64,000 nucleotides of DNA from Vicinamibacterales bacterium. Its GTDB lineage: Bacteria > Acidobacteriota > Vicinamibacteria > Vicinamibacterales > UBA2999. Numbering within the stretch: position 1 is the stretch's first letter; each line of letters starts with the position of its first letter. Location: NCBI GenBank assembly GCA_035496255.1, contig DATJEU010000068.1, positions 3,256-67,255 of the forward strand, read 5' to 3'. The position numbers were made by a program, and so were the translations under genes. The notes beneath the pieces were generated by a model. That model worked only from the letters and a program-made list of their open reading frames with translations, ran no database searches and was not told where the DNA came from. This document shows, in pieces, positions 53,938 to 61,949 of the stretch.

Positions 53938-56088
53938 GTGTCCATTCGACTCGAGTCCCGCGGCGATCTCGCGTTCGTCATCATCGACAATCCACCGGTC
54001 AATGCGCTGAGCGCCGGGGTCCCGGAGGCCATCGCCGACGGGATCGCACGTGCGGCTGCTGATCCCGGCGTGCGGGCCGTCATTTTCATGGCTGCCGGCC
54101 GAACCTTCATCGCCGGCGCCGACATCCACGAACTCGAGCGGGCGGCATGGGATCCATCGGCGTCGCTGCCCGAGATGCACGACATCCTCCGGTCGATCGA
54201 AGATACGCCGAAGCCGGTGATCATGGCGATTCACGGCACTGCCCTGGGCGGTGGCGTGGAACTGGCGATGGCGGCCCACTACCGTGTGGCTACACGGGAG
54301 GCGCGCCTCGGCCAGCCGGAAGTGAATCTGGGCATCATCCCTGGAGCCGAAGGGACGCAGCGGTTGCCGCGGCTGGTCGGCGTCGAGAAGGCGATCGAGA
54401 TGTGCGTGACCGGCAAGCCGATCACGGCTCCCGACGCTCTCGCCGCGGGGCTCATCGATCGCGTGATCGATGGCGATCTGCGCGAGGGCGCGGCCGCGTT
54501 CGCTCGCGAAGTCATCGCATCCGCTGCCACATCGGACCGTCAGATGTCGCCGCGCACGCGCGATCGGAACGATCGCCTGGGCACACCGGCAGCCAATGCA
54601 CCGCTCCTCGCCGCCGGTCGAGCGATGGCGCAGAAGACGCGTCCCCATCAACCTGCCGCACTGGCGGCGGTGGACGCGATCGAGGCAGCGACGACGCTGC
54701 CGTTCGACGAAGGGTGTGCACGCGAGCGCGAGTTGTTCTTCACGCGGTGTGTCCGTACCGATGCGTGCCGCGCCCTCGTTCACGCCTTCGTCGCGGAGCG
54801 GGCGGTGTCGCGCGTCCCCGATCTTCCGGCCGACGCTCCCGTGACGGCAATCGCGACGGTCGCGATCATTGGCGCGGGGACGATGGGCGCAGGGATCGCG
54901 ATGGCGTGCGCGAACGCCGGGCTCGAGGTCACCGTGACCGACGTGGCCAAGGAACGCCTGCAGGCCGGCCTCGCCACGGTCCGGAAGAACTACGAGTCTT
55001 CGATCAAGCGCGGGCGGTTGACGCCGCAACAGGTCGACGAGCGGATCGGCCGCATTCGCACGGCGGCCGGGTATGACGCATGCGAGTCGGCCGATCTGGT
55101 GATCGAGGCGGTGTTCGAGAGCATGGATCTGAAGAAGGAGGTGTTCGCGGCGCTCGACCATTTCGCGAAGCCGGGGGCGATCCTCGCGACGAACACCTCG
55201 ACGCTCGACATCGACGAGATTGCCGGCGTCACCCAGCGACCCGAGTCGGTGGTCGGGTTGCATTTCTTCAGTCCTGCTCACGTGATGCGGCTGGTGGAGA
55301 TCGTGCGCGGCGCGGCAACCAGCGCCGGCGTCCTCGCGACCGGGCTCGCCCTGGCGAAGAGGCTCGGGAAGGTTGGCGTCGTGGTGCGCAACGGCGTCGG
55401 CTTCGTCGGCAACCGGATCATGTTTCCGTACATGTACGAAGCGCAGTTTCTCGCCGAGGAAGGCGCGACGCCGGAGCAGATCGATCGGGTGCTCACCGGC
55501 TGGGGCATGGCGATGGGCATCTTCGCCGTCGATGATTTGGGCGGTCTCGACGTCGCCTGGCGCTGCCGGCGGGAACTGCATCAATTCGACGATCCGGAAT
55601 TGCGCCAGCCGCTCGTCGCCGACACGCTCGTCGCGATGAAGCGGCTTGGCCAGAAAACCGGCAAGGGCTGGTATCGCTACGAGGCCGGCGATCGCACGCC
55701 GATCGCCGACCCGGAGGTGACCGCGATCATCGAGCGCACGGCGACGGGCGCGGCTATTCGACGCGCGCCGAAGAGTGACCGTGACATCCTCGAGCGGTGC
55801 CTGTTCGCGATGATCAACGAAGGCGCGCGCGTGCTCGACGAGGGGATTGCCTCACGTGCCGCGGACATCGATGTGATCTATCTGACCGGCTACGGCTTTC
55901 CGGCGTATCGTGGTGGTCCGATGTTCTACGCGGACACCGTGGGACTGCGCCACGTCTACGAGCGCGTCACCGCCTTCCATCGCGAACATGGCAAGCGATG
56001 GGTGCCTGCGCCGCTGCTCGAGCGCCTCGCACGCGAGGGGTCGTCGTTCCGTGAGTACGATCGACACCACCACAAGGAATGGCGTTGA
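53938..56088 (+). CDS. Bifunctional enoyl-CoA hydratase / 3-hydroxyacyl-CoA dehydrogenase (FadB/FadJ-like)
   Basis: Crotonase N-terminus (FVIIDNPPVNAL, AIHGTALGGGVELAMA), NAD motif VAIIGAGTMGAGIA and the C-terminal 3HCDH domains. Confidence 0.9.
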   Translation: MSIRLESRGDLAFVIIDNPPVNALSAGVPEAIADGIARAAADPGVRAVIFMAAGRTFIAGADIHELERAAWDPSASLPEMHDILRSIEDTPKPVIMAIHGTALGGGVELAMAAHYRVATREARLGQPEVNLGIIPGAEGTQRLPRLVGVEKAIEMCVTGKPITAPDALAAGLIDRVIDGDLREGAAAFAREVIASAATSDRQMSPRTRDRNDRLGTPAANAPLLAAGRAMAQKTRPHQPAALAAVDAIEAATTLPFDEGCARERELFFTRCVRTDACRALVHAFVAERAVSRVPDLPADAPVTAIATVAIIGAGTMGAGIAMACANAGLEVTVTDVAKERLQAGLATVRKNYESSIKRGRLTPQQVDERIGRIRTAAGYDACESADLVIEAVFESMDLKKEVFAALDHFAKPGAILATNTSTLDIDEIAGVTQRPESVVGLHFFSPAHVMRLVEIVRGAATSAGVLATGLALAKRLGKVGVVVRNGVGFVGNRIMFPYMYEAQFLAEEGATPEQIDRVLTGWGMAMGIFAVDDLGGLDVAWRCRRELHQFDDPELRQPLVADTLVAMKRLGQKTGKGWYRYEAGDRTPIADPEVTAIIERTATGAAIRRAPKSDRDILERCLFAMINEGARVLDEGIASRAADIDVIYLTGYGFPAYRGGPMFYADTVGLRHVYERVTAFHREHGKRWVPAPLLERLAREGSSFREYDRHHHKEWR

Positions 56089-56165
56089 GCCGTTCCGGTA
56101 GACAAGGAACGGCGTTGAGCCGTTCCGGTAGACAGGGCGCGGCGTTGAGCCGTTCCCGTAGACAG
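56076..56165. repeat. Three tandem 30-bp hairpin units (GGAACGGC-GTTGA-GCCGTTCC-GGTAGACAR)
   Basis: Units at 56076-56105, 56106-56135 and 56136-56165. The first contains the fadB-like stop codon; the last ends 5 nt before GTG 56171. Confidence 0.9.
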
Positions 56166-56170
56166 CCCGC

Positions 56171-58150
56171 GTGAGACCCGTTCGCATTCTCGACAACGAT
56201 ACGACCGTCCGGCAGGGCACCGACGGCGTTCTGTACCTCACGTCGCCCTATCCGCTCGGCCCCTATCCTGACCGGTTGACCGACAAGCTCGATTACTGGG
56301 CGGACGTGGCGCCCGATCGGGTCTTTCTCGCTGATCGTCTCACGGCCTTCGGCAGGCTGGCGGATGGCCCTTCTGACCTTCGTCAGGGCGGGTCTTCAGA
56401 TCTTCCCCCGCCCGATGCTGGGCCCGCCGCCGGCTGGCGGACACTCACGTATCGCGAGACGCGCGATCGAGCGCGGTCGATCGCGCAGGCGCTGCTCGCT
56501 CGCGGCCTGTCGCCCGAGCGGCCGATCGTCATCCTCTCCGGCAACAGCGTCGATCACGCGCTGCTCGCGCTCGCGGCGCTGTATGCGGGCGTGTACTACG
56601 CGCCGATTGCGCCCGCGTACTCGCTGCAGGACAGCGGGAACTTTGCCGCGCTCCGCCATGTCTTCAGCACAGTGCGTCCCGGCCTCGTGTTCGCCGACGA
56701 TGGTCCCGCGTTCGCTGGCGCCTTCGACGCGGTGCTGACGGCGGGCACCGAGCTGGTCTCGATCGTGGCGCCGCCAGGGAATCGGGCATGGACACCGTTC
56801 GAGGCGCTCGTCAACACCCCTCCGACCGGCGCCGTCGACGACGCCCTTCGCCGTGTCGGCGCGGATACGATCGCCAAGATCCTCTTCACGTCGGGATCCA
56901 CCGGACATCCCAAGGGCGTCATCAACACGCAGCGCATGTGGTGCGCCAACCAGGAACAGCTGCGGTCGGTGATGCTGTTCTTCGACGAGCAGCCGCCAGT
57001 CCTCTGCGACTGGCTGCCGTGGAATCACACCGCCGGCGGCAATCACAACTTCGGCATCGCCCTCTACAACGGCGGGACGCTGTACATCGATGATGGGAAG
57101 CCGACGCCGGCGCTGTTCGAGAAGACGTTGCGCAACCTGCGCGAGATCCCGTGCACCAACCACTTCACCGTGCCGCGCTTCTACGAGATGCTGCTGCCGC
57201 ACCTGCAGCGCGACGCACGCCTGCGTGAGGTGTTCTTCCGGCGTCTCAATTTCATCTTCTACGCGGCCGCAGGGCTGGGCCAGCGCTTCTGGGATCAATT
57301 GCGCGAAGTGGCGGTGCGGGAGTGCGGCGAAGAGCTGCTGATCATGACCGGCATGGGCGCGACCGAGACGGCTCCGTTCCTGCTGTGCACCGGCCCGCGC
57401 GGCGCCTTCGCGGGGATGATTGGCTTGCCGGTTCCTGGAGTCGAGCTGAAACTGGTTCCGGTCGGCGGGAAGATCGAAGGGCGGGTGCGTGGCCCGAACA
57501 TCACACCCGGGTACCTCGGCGAAGCCGAGCTGACACGCGACGCGTTCGACGACGAAGGTTTCTATTGCACCGGCGATGCGATGCGCTTCGCCAATCCGGA
57601 CGACGTGCGGCAGGGACTCGTGTTCGAGGGACGCCTGGCAGAGGACTTCAAGCTGTCTTCGGGCACCTGGGTGAGCGTCGGTCCGCTGCGGGCGCGCATC
57701 ATGGCGCAGGGCGCCGGCCTGATCCAGGACGTCGTCATTGCGGCGCCCGATCGGCCGTACGCGGCGGCGCTGATCTTTCCCAACGTTGCGGTCTGTCGTG
57801 AGATCGCGGGGCTGCCGCATGCACCGGCGGCCGACGCGCTCGCGCATCCATCCGTGCGGGCGCGCTTCAGCACCATCGTCGCGGAGCTGGCCGCCCAGGG
57901 GACCGGGAGTTCCACCTTCGTTGCGCGTGCGATCGTGCTCGATCAACCACCGTCGAGTGAGGCGCGCGAGATTACCGACAAGGGATCGATCAACCAGAAG
58001 GCCGTGCTGCGACACCGCGCGGACCTCGTCGAGGAGCTGTATCAAGGCGAGCCGTCGGATCGCGTGATCGTCGCCACAAGTCGTGCCCGGCTTCAATCGG
58101 GCAGCAACCAACGTAGCGCCCGGCTTCAGCCGGGCCAGGAACCAATGTAG
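56171..58150 (+). CDS. Feruloyl-CoA-synthase-like AMP-dependent synthetase/ligase
   Basis: N-terminus VRILDNDTTVRQGTDGVLYLTSPYPLG and AMP motif ILFTSGSTGHPKGV. Contains a REP-derived in-frame insert and a repeat-encoded C-terminal tail (see findings). Confidence 0.85.
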   Translation: MRPVRILDNDTTVRQGTDGVLYLTSPYPLGPYPDRLTDKLDYWADVAPDRVFLADRLTAFGRLADGPSDLRQGGSSDLPPPDAGPAAGWRTLTYRETRDRARSIAQALLARGLSPERPIVILSGNSVDHALLALAALYAGVYYAPIAPAYSLQDSGNFAALRHVFSTVRPGLVFADDGPAFAGAFDAVLTAGTELVSIVAPPGNRAWTPFEALVNTPPTGAVDDALRRVGADTIAKILFTSGSTGHPKGVINTQRMWCANQEQLRSVMLFFDEQPPVLCDWLPWNHTAGGNHNFGIALYNGGTLYIDDGKPTPALFEKTLRNLREIPCTNHFTVPRFYEMLLPHLQRDARLREVFFRRLNFIFYAAAGLGQRFWDQLREVAVRECGEELLIMTGMGATETAPFLLCTGPRGAFAGMIGLPVPGVELKLVPVGGKIEGRVRGPNITPGYLGEAELTRDAFDDEGFYCTGDAMRFANPDDVRQGLVFEGRLAEDFKLSSGTWVSVGPLRARIMAQGAGLIQDVVIAAPDRPYAAALIFPNVAVCREIAGLPHAPAADALAHPSVRARFSTIVAELAAQGTGSSTFVARAIVLDQPPSSEAREITDKGSINQKAVLRHRADLVEELYQGEPSDRVIVATSRARLQSGSNQRSARLQPGQEPM

Positions 58151-58178
58151 TGCCTGGCTGCAACCGGGCCTCCAACTT
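58080..58178. repeat. Three tandem 32-34-bp GTAG-headed REP units
   Basis: Unit 1: GTCGTGCCCGGCTTCAATCGGGCAGCAACCAAC. Unit 2: GTAGCGCCCGGCTTCAGCCGGGCCAGGAACCAAT. Unit 3: GTAGTGCCTGGCTGCAACCGGGCCTCCAACTT. The next gene's ATG follows directly. Confidence 0.9.
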
Positions 58179-59036
58179 ATGACCTATCAACCCAAAATCG
58201 ACGTCAACCGGCTGAAGGCCATTGACGTCCACGTGCACCTGGAACATCCCGGCGACTCCGCTGCATCCGACGCCGCCAGGCAGTACTTCAAGGACCCCGC
58301 CGCTCCTCGCGATGCGGCAGCACTCGCGGACTACTACCGCTCACGCGAGATGGCCTGTGTGGTGTTCACCGTGGACGAGACGCTTTCGGGGATGCCGCGG
58401 CTGACCAACGATCAGGTCGTGGAGTTCGCGCTCGCCAATGCGGACATCGCGATTCCGTTCGCCAGCCTCAATCCGACGCGCGGTGCCGATGCCGTGCGCG
58501 AAGCGCGCCGGCTCGTCGATGCCGGTGTGGTGCGCGGCCTGAAGCTGCATCCGCCGATTCAACTGTTTTCACCCGACGACCGCATCGCGTACCCGTTGTA
58601 CGAAGTGTTCGCGGAGCGGAAGCTGCCGGTGCTCTTTCACACCGGCCACAGCGGCATCGGGACCGGCATGCGGGGCGGCGGCGGCATCCGGTTGAAATAC
58701 GGCAACCCGATGCCGATCGACGACGTCGCCGTCGATTTCCCGGACATGCCGATCATCATGGCGCACCCGTCGTTCCCGTGGCAGGACGAGGCGATCTCGA
58801 TCTGCCTGCACAAACCACAGGTCTACATCGATCTTTCAGGCTGGTCGCCGAAGTACTTCTCCGCGAACCTGATTCAGTACTCGAACACGCTGCTGAAAAA
58901 CAAAGTGCTGTTCGGATCGGACTATCCGTTGCTGACACCGGACCGGTGGATGGCCGACTTCGACAAGATCGCGATCCGCGATGAAGTGCGGCCGCTGATC
59001 CTGAAGGAAAACGCGCGGCGACTCTTCGGCTTGTAG
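58179..59036 (+). CDS. Amidohydrolase_2-family metal-dependent hydrolase/decarboxylase
   Basis: Start trimmed to MTYQPKIDVNRLKAIDVHVHLEH (HxH metal motif). FHTGHSG, MAHPSFPW and FGSDYP are typical of the ACMSD/LigW-type family. Confidence 0.85.
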   Translation: MTYQPKIDVNRLKAIDVHVHLEHPGDSAASDAARQYFKDPAAPRDAAALADYYRSREMACVVFTVDETLSGMPRLTNDQVVEFALANADIAIPFASLNPTRGADAVREARRLVDAGVVRGLKLHPPIQLFSPDDRIAYPLYEVFAERKLPVLFHTGHSGIGTGMRGGGGIRLKYGNPMPIDDVAVDFPDMPIIMAHPSFPWQDEAISICLHKPQVYIDLSGWSPKYFSANLIQYSNTLLKNKVLFGSDYPLLTPDRWMADFDKIAIRDEVRPLILKENARRLFGL

Positions 59037-59154
59037 AAGACAGCGAAGGTGGCGGAGGGCACGACGTTCTGCGCGGGTCAGGGATCGAAGGTGACCGAGC
59101 AGCCAATGAACGTCGTTGCCTTCGTCTTCTCCGTTGACTAGTCTTTGCCTCGCT

Positions 59155-60186
59155 ATGAAGCGAACTGCCCTTGCGTTCTGCTTGCTGCTATCGCCAACCA
59201 TTGCCCAGGCTCAAACGAACGCGTGCGATCGCACGTGTCTCACCGGCTTCATCGACCAATACCTCGACGCCTTGGTGGCGCAGGATCCGAAGCGCTTGCC
59301 GACGGCGCCGAACGTCAAATACACCGAGAACGGCCAGACGCTGCGGCTGGGCGACGGTTTCTGGAACTCGGCGATCGGGAAGGGACGCTATCGTCTCGAC
59401 GTCGCCGACCCCACGGCCGGACAGGTGGCGACCTTCGTGACGATGAGGGAGGCGCCGGCGAACCCTGTGCTGATGGCGTTGCGCCTGAAGGTCGAGAATC
59501 GCCGCATCACTGAAGTCGAAGAGATCGTCGCGCGCTCCGACATGGCCGTGAACGGCGTCAAGGCGCTCGAGGCCATGGGCAAGCCGCGCGAGGCATTCCT
59601 GCGCGCGACGCCGCCCGCTGATCGCGTCTCGCGCACGGAACTGGTGCGCGTTGCCAACATGTATTTCTCCGGGATGCAGAAGAACGACGGCAAGGGACAG
59701 TACCCGTTTGCCGACGACTGCGATCGCCTTGAGAACGGCGGCAAGACGACCAACGCTCCCTCCGTGCCCGGCCGGAACGGCGGACCACCGCGGACGACGA
59801 AGCTGGATCCGAAGACGGCCACGAACTACGACACCATGTGGAGCTGTCGGGAGCAGTTCGAGTCTGGTTTACTGCACTTCGTCTACCGCATCCGCGATCG
59901 GCGTTATCTGCTCGTCGATCAGGAACGCGGCCTCGTCCTGGCGTTCGCGTTTTTCGACCATCCGGCCGGTAAGACGCGTACGTTTCAAATCCCGGACGGC
60001 CGCACCGTGACCGCCGGACCGCAGCAACCGTGGACCTGGGAGATTGCCGAGCTGTTCAAGGTCGAGAAGGGCACTTTGCACGAAATCGAAGCCGTGCTCG
60101 AACGCGCCCCCTACGGCATGACCTCGGGTTGGAGCGCCTGGGACGCTGCCATGTCGGACCGGATTCAGTTCGCCGGCCCGCGCTAG
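59155..60186 (+). CDS. Secreted hypothetical protein
   Basis: Start trimmed to MKRTALAFCLLLSPTIAQAQ (signal peptide). Clean 343-aa ORF with coding-like composition. No family recognised. Confidence 0.65.
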   Translation: MKRTALAFCLLLSPTIAQAQTNACDRTCLTGFIDQYLDALVAQDPKRLPTAPNVKYTENGQTLRLGDGFWNSAIGKGRYRLDVADPTAGQVATFVTMREAPANPVLMALRLKVENRRITEVEEIVARSDMAVNGVKALEAMGKPREAFLRATPPADRVSRTELVRVANMYFSGMQKNDGKGQYPFADDCDRLENGGKTTNAPSVPGRNGGPPRTTKLDPKTATNYDTMWSCREQFESGLLHFVYRIRDRRYLLVDQERGLVLAFAFFDHPAGKTRTFQIPDGRTVTAGPQQPWTWEIAELFKVEKGTLHEIEAVLERAPYGMTSGWSAWDAAMSDRIQFAGPR

Positions 60187-60256
60187 CATCCTGTGTTGAC
60201 CCGATTGACCGTGTTTCGACCCCCTCCTATCGTCGGGATACAGGGGGATTTTACGC

Positions 60257-61126
60257 ATGCGCTCGGGAGGGCTCCGGCTCACCATCATTTTGGGACTGGT
60301 CGTGCTCTGCGCCACGGTTTTGGCTGCGCAGGGCCAGGGTAGCCAGGCGCCACGGCAAGGGGGAGCGGGTGCGCGACAGGGCGGCGGCGCTCGTCAGGGC
60401 GGCGGGGGACGTGGAGGTGGACGCGGCCGCGCGGCGGCTCCGCAGACACCGGCGCCGCGTAACGCTGCGGGTCGCGTGATTATCGGCGGTAAAGGGGTGT
60501 GGACGCCGAGCGGGATCGGCATCACGGCGCCGATCCTGGCCAAGGAGAAGACGCCGTATCAGCCCTGGGCGGCGGCGCTCTACGATTTCCGTCAGGCCAA
60601 CGAGCTCGAACCGCACACGCGGTGCAAACCGTCGGGTGGGGCCCGTCAGTTCCTGACCCCTTACGGAGTGGAGTTCGTCGAACTCCCCGAGATCCAGCGC
60701 ATCTACATCTTCGACATCGGCGGACCGCACACGTTCCGGACGATCTACACCGACGGCCGGAAGCATCCCGATCACCTGCAGCCGACCTACTATGGTCACT
60801 CCGTCGGTCACTGGGAAGGCGATACGCTGGTGGTCGATACGGTCGGGTTCAACGAGGCCTTCTGGATGGATCGCCGCGGCATGCCGACGACCGACAAGCT
60901 GCACCTGGTCGAGAAGTTCACCCGCACGAGCAAGGAACGGATCAACTACGAGATCACCGTCGACGATCCGGGCGCGTACACGGCGCCATGGACCACCGGT
61001 TTCCAGTTGGCGTGGCAAGACGGCCAGGAGCTCTTCGAATACGTCTGCCAGCAGTCGAACTACGCCGGCGAGCTGATGGTGGGCGCGGGCACCCACGTCG
61101 ACCGCACGTCGCCAATCGTGCCTTGA
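60257..61126 (+). CDS. Secreted conserved hypothetical protein (paralogue of 44308-45150) with Gly/Arg/Gln-rich N-terminal linker
   Basis: GGGGGA lies before ATG 60257, followed by a signal peptide. Shared motifs HTRCKP, HWEGDTLVVDTVGF, DDPGAYTAPWT, FEYVCQ. Confidence 0.75.
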   Translation: MRSGGLRLTIILGLVVLCATVLAAQGQGSQAPRQGGAGARQGGGARQGGGGRGGGRGRAAAPQTPAPRNAAGRVIIGGKGVWTPSGIGITAPILAKEKTPYQPWAAALYDFRQANELEPHTRCKPSGGARQFLTPYGVEFVELPEIQRIYIFDIGGPHTFRTIYTDGRKHPDHLQPTYYGHSVGHWEGDTLVVDTVGFNEAFWMDRRGMPTTDKLHLVEKFTRTSKERINYEITVDDPGAYTAPWTTGFQLAWQDGQELFEYVCQQSNYAGELMVGAGTHVDRTSPIVP

Positions 61127-61140
61127 GCTTGCGTTCGGCC

Positions 61141-61200
61141 CCCCGGGTGCGAAACTGAGGATCCACCTCGCACTTCGCACTTCGAACTTCGCACCTGGGG
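61141..61200. repeat. Hairpin whose loop and 3' arm carry TCGCACT-type heptamers x4
   Basis: Stem ccccgggtgcga / tcgcacctgggg (11 of 12 paired). Units tcgcact, tcgcact, tcgaact, tcgcacc at 61168-61195. Confidence 0.8.
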
Positions 61201-61209
61201 GTTTCCTGT

Positions 61210-61815
61210 ATGCGTGCTTGCGGCAGAGCTATCCGAACCTATAGCGCGACCATTGCGCTCGCGCTGACGCTGGCCGTTCCCGCCCTGGCCGATCCGGGGC
61301 ACTCGGCGGCAACCGATCAGATCCATATCGCGAACTTCGGCCACGTCAGCGACAGCTACTACCGTGGCTCGCAGCCGGAGGGCGAAGACTACGCCGCGCT
61401 GAAGTCACTCGGCGTGAAGACGATCATCGATCTGCAGGAATACGGCGAAGACGATGAGCCTGGTGCGGCGAAGGCCGCCGGGTTGCGCTACGTCAAGATC
61501 GGCATGAACACGCGCGTCGATCCGACGCCGGCGCAGATTCAACAGTTCCTCTCCATCGTCAACGATCCCGCCCAGGCGCCCGTGTACGTGCACTGCGCCG
61601 GCGGCCATCACCGCACGGGTGTGATGACCGCAATCTATCGGATGACGAAGGACGGCTGGACCGGCAAGCAGGCGTTCGCGGAAATGAAGAAGTACGGCTT
61701 CGGCATGGACTTCCTGCACCCGGAATTCAAGCAGTTCGTGCTGAACTACGACGCGCCGCCAGCCAAGCCGGCCGATGGTTTGCTCGCGACGGCGACGCCG
61801 GCAATCGCTCAGTAA
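61210..61815 (+). CDS. Secreted Cys-based tyrosine/dual-specificity-phosphatase-like protein
   Basis: Signal peptide, NFGHVSDSYYRGSQP, and CX5R P-loop VHCAGGHHRTG. Confidence 0.8.
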   Translation: MRACGRAIRTYSATIALALTLAVPALADPGHSAATDQIHIANFGHVSDSYYRGSQPEGEDYAALKSLGVKTIIDLQEYGEDDEPGAAKAAGLRYVKIGMNTRVDPTPAQIQQFLSIVNDPAQAPVYVHCAGGHHRTGVMTAIYRMTKDGWTGKQAFAEMKKYGFGMDFLHPEFKQFVLNYDAPPAKPADGLLATATPAIAQ

Positions 61816-61819
61816 CTTT

Positions 61820-61920
61820 AACTCCCAATTCCCAACTTCCAATTCCCAACTTCGAGTCGCATGGCTCGGAGTTGGGAACTGTGCTTTCGTTTGGGATTTG
61901 GGTGTTGGGAATCGGGAGTT
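61820..61920. repeat. Imperfect ~100-bp palindrome of AACTCCC/AATTCCC heptamers (family copy 2)
   Basis: Left arm aactcccaattcccaacttccaattcccaacttcg. Right arm ggagttgggaact...tttgggatttgggtgttgggaatcgggagtt. Termini match the element at 3614-3716. Confidence 0.85.
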
Positions 61921-61949
61921 ATCAGGCGGGTCCGCGTTGCGGATCTCGT

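Noticed and set aside
53786-54010. ORFs encoding PATSHQPPATSHQPP-type peptide repeats
   Set aside because: The repeat is a 7-bp DNA unit, so every frame shows it. There is no RBS, and the tract sits in a divergent promoter region. It is treated as non-coding.
53707-55584. 625-aa minus-strand ORF
   Set aside because: It is antisense to the fadB-like gene. Its C-terminal end merely translates the ACCAGCC heptamer tract.
56396-58111. 571-aa minus-strand ORF
   Set aside because: It is antisense to the AMP-ligase gene, which carries the TSGSTGHPKGV motif on the plus strand.
56076-58178. Possibility that the regularly spaced 30-34-bp repeats are CRISPR arrays
   Set aside because: The units are directly contiguous with no unique spacers, there are only three copies each, each unit is itself a GTAG-linked hairpin, and no cas genes are present. 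They are REP-type tandem arrays.
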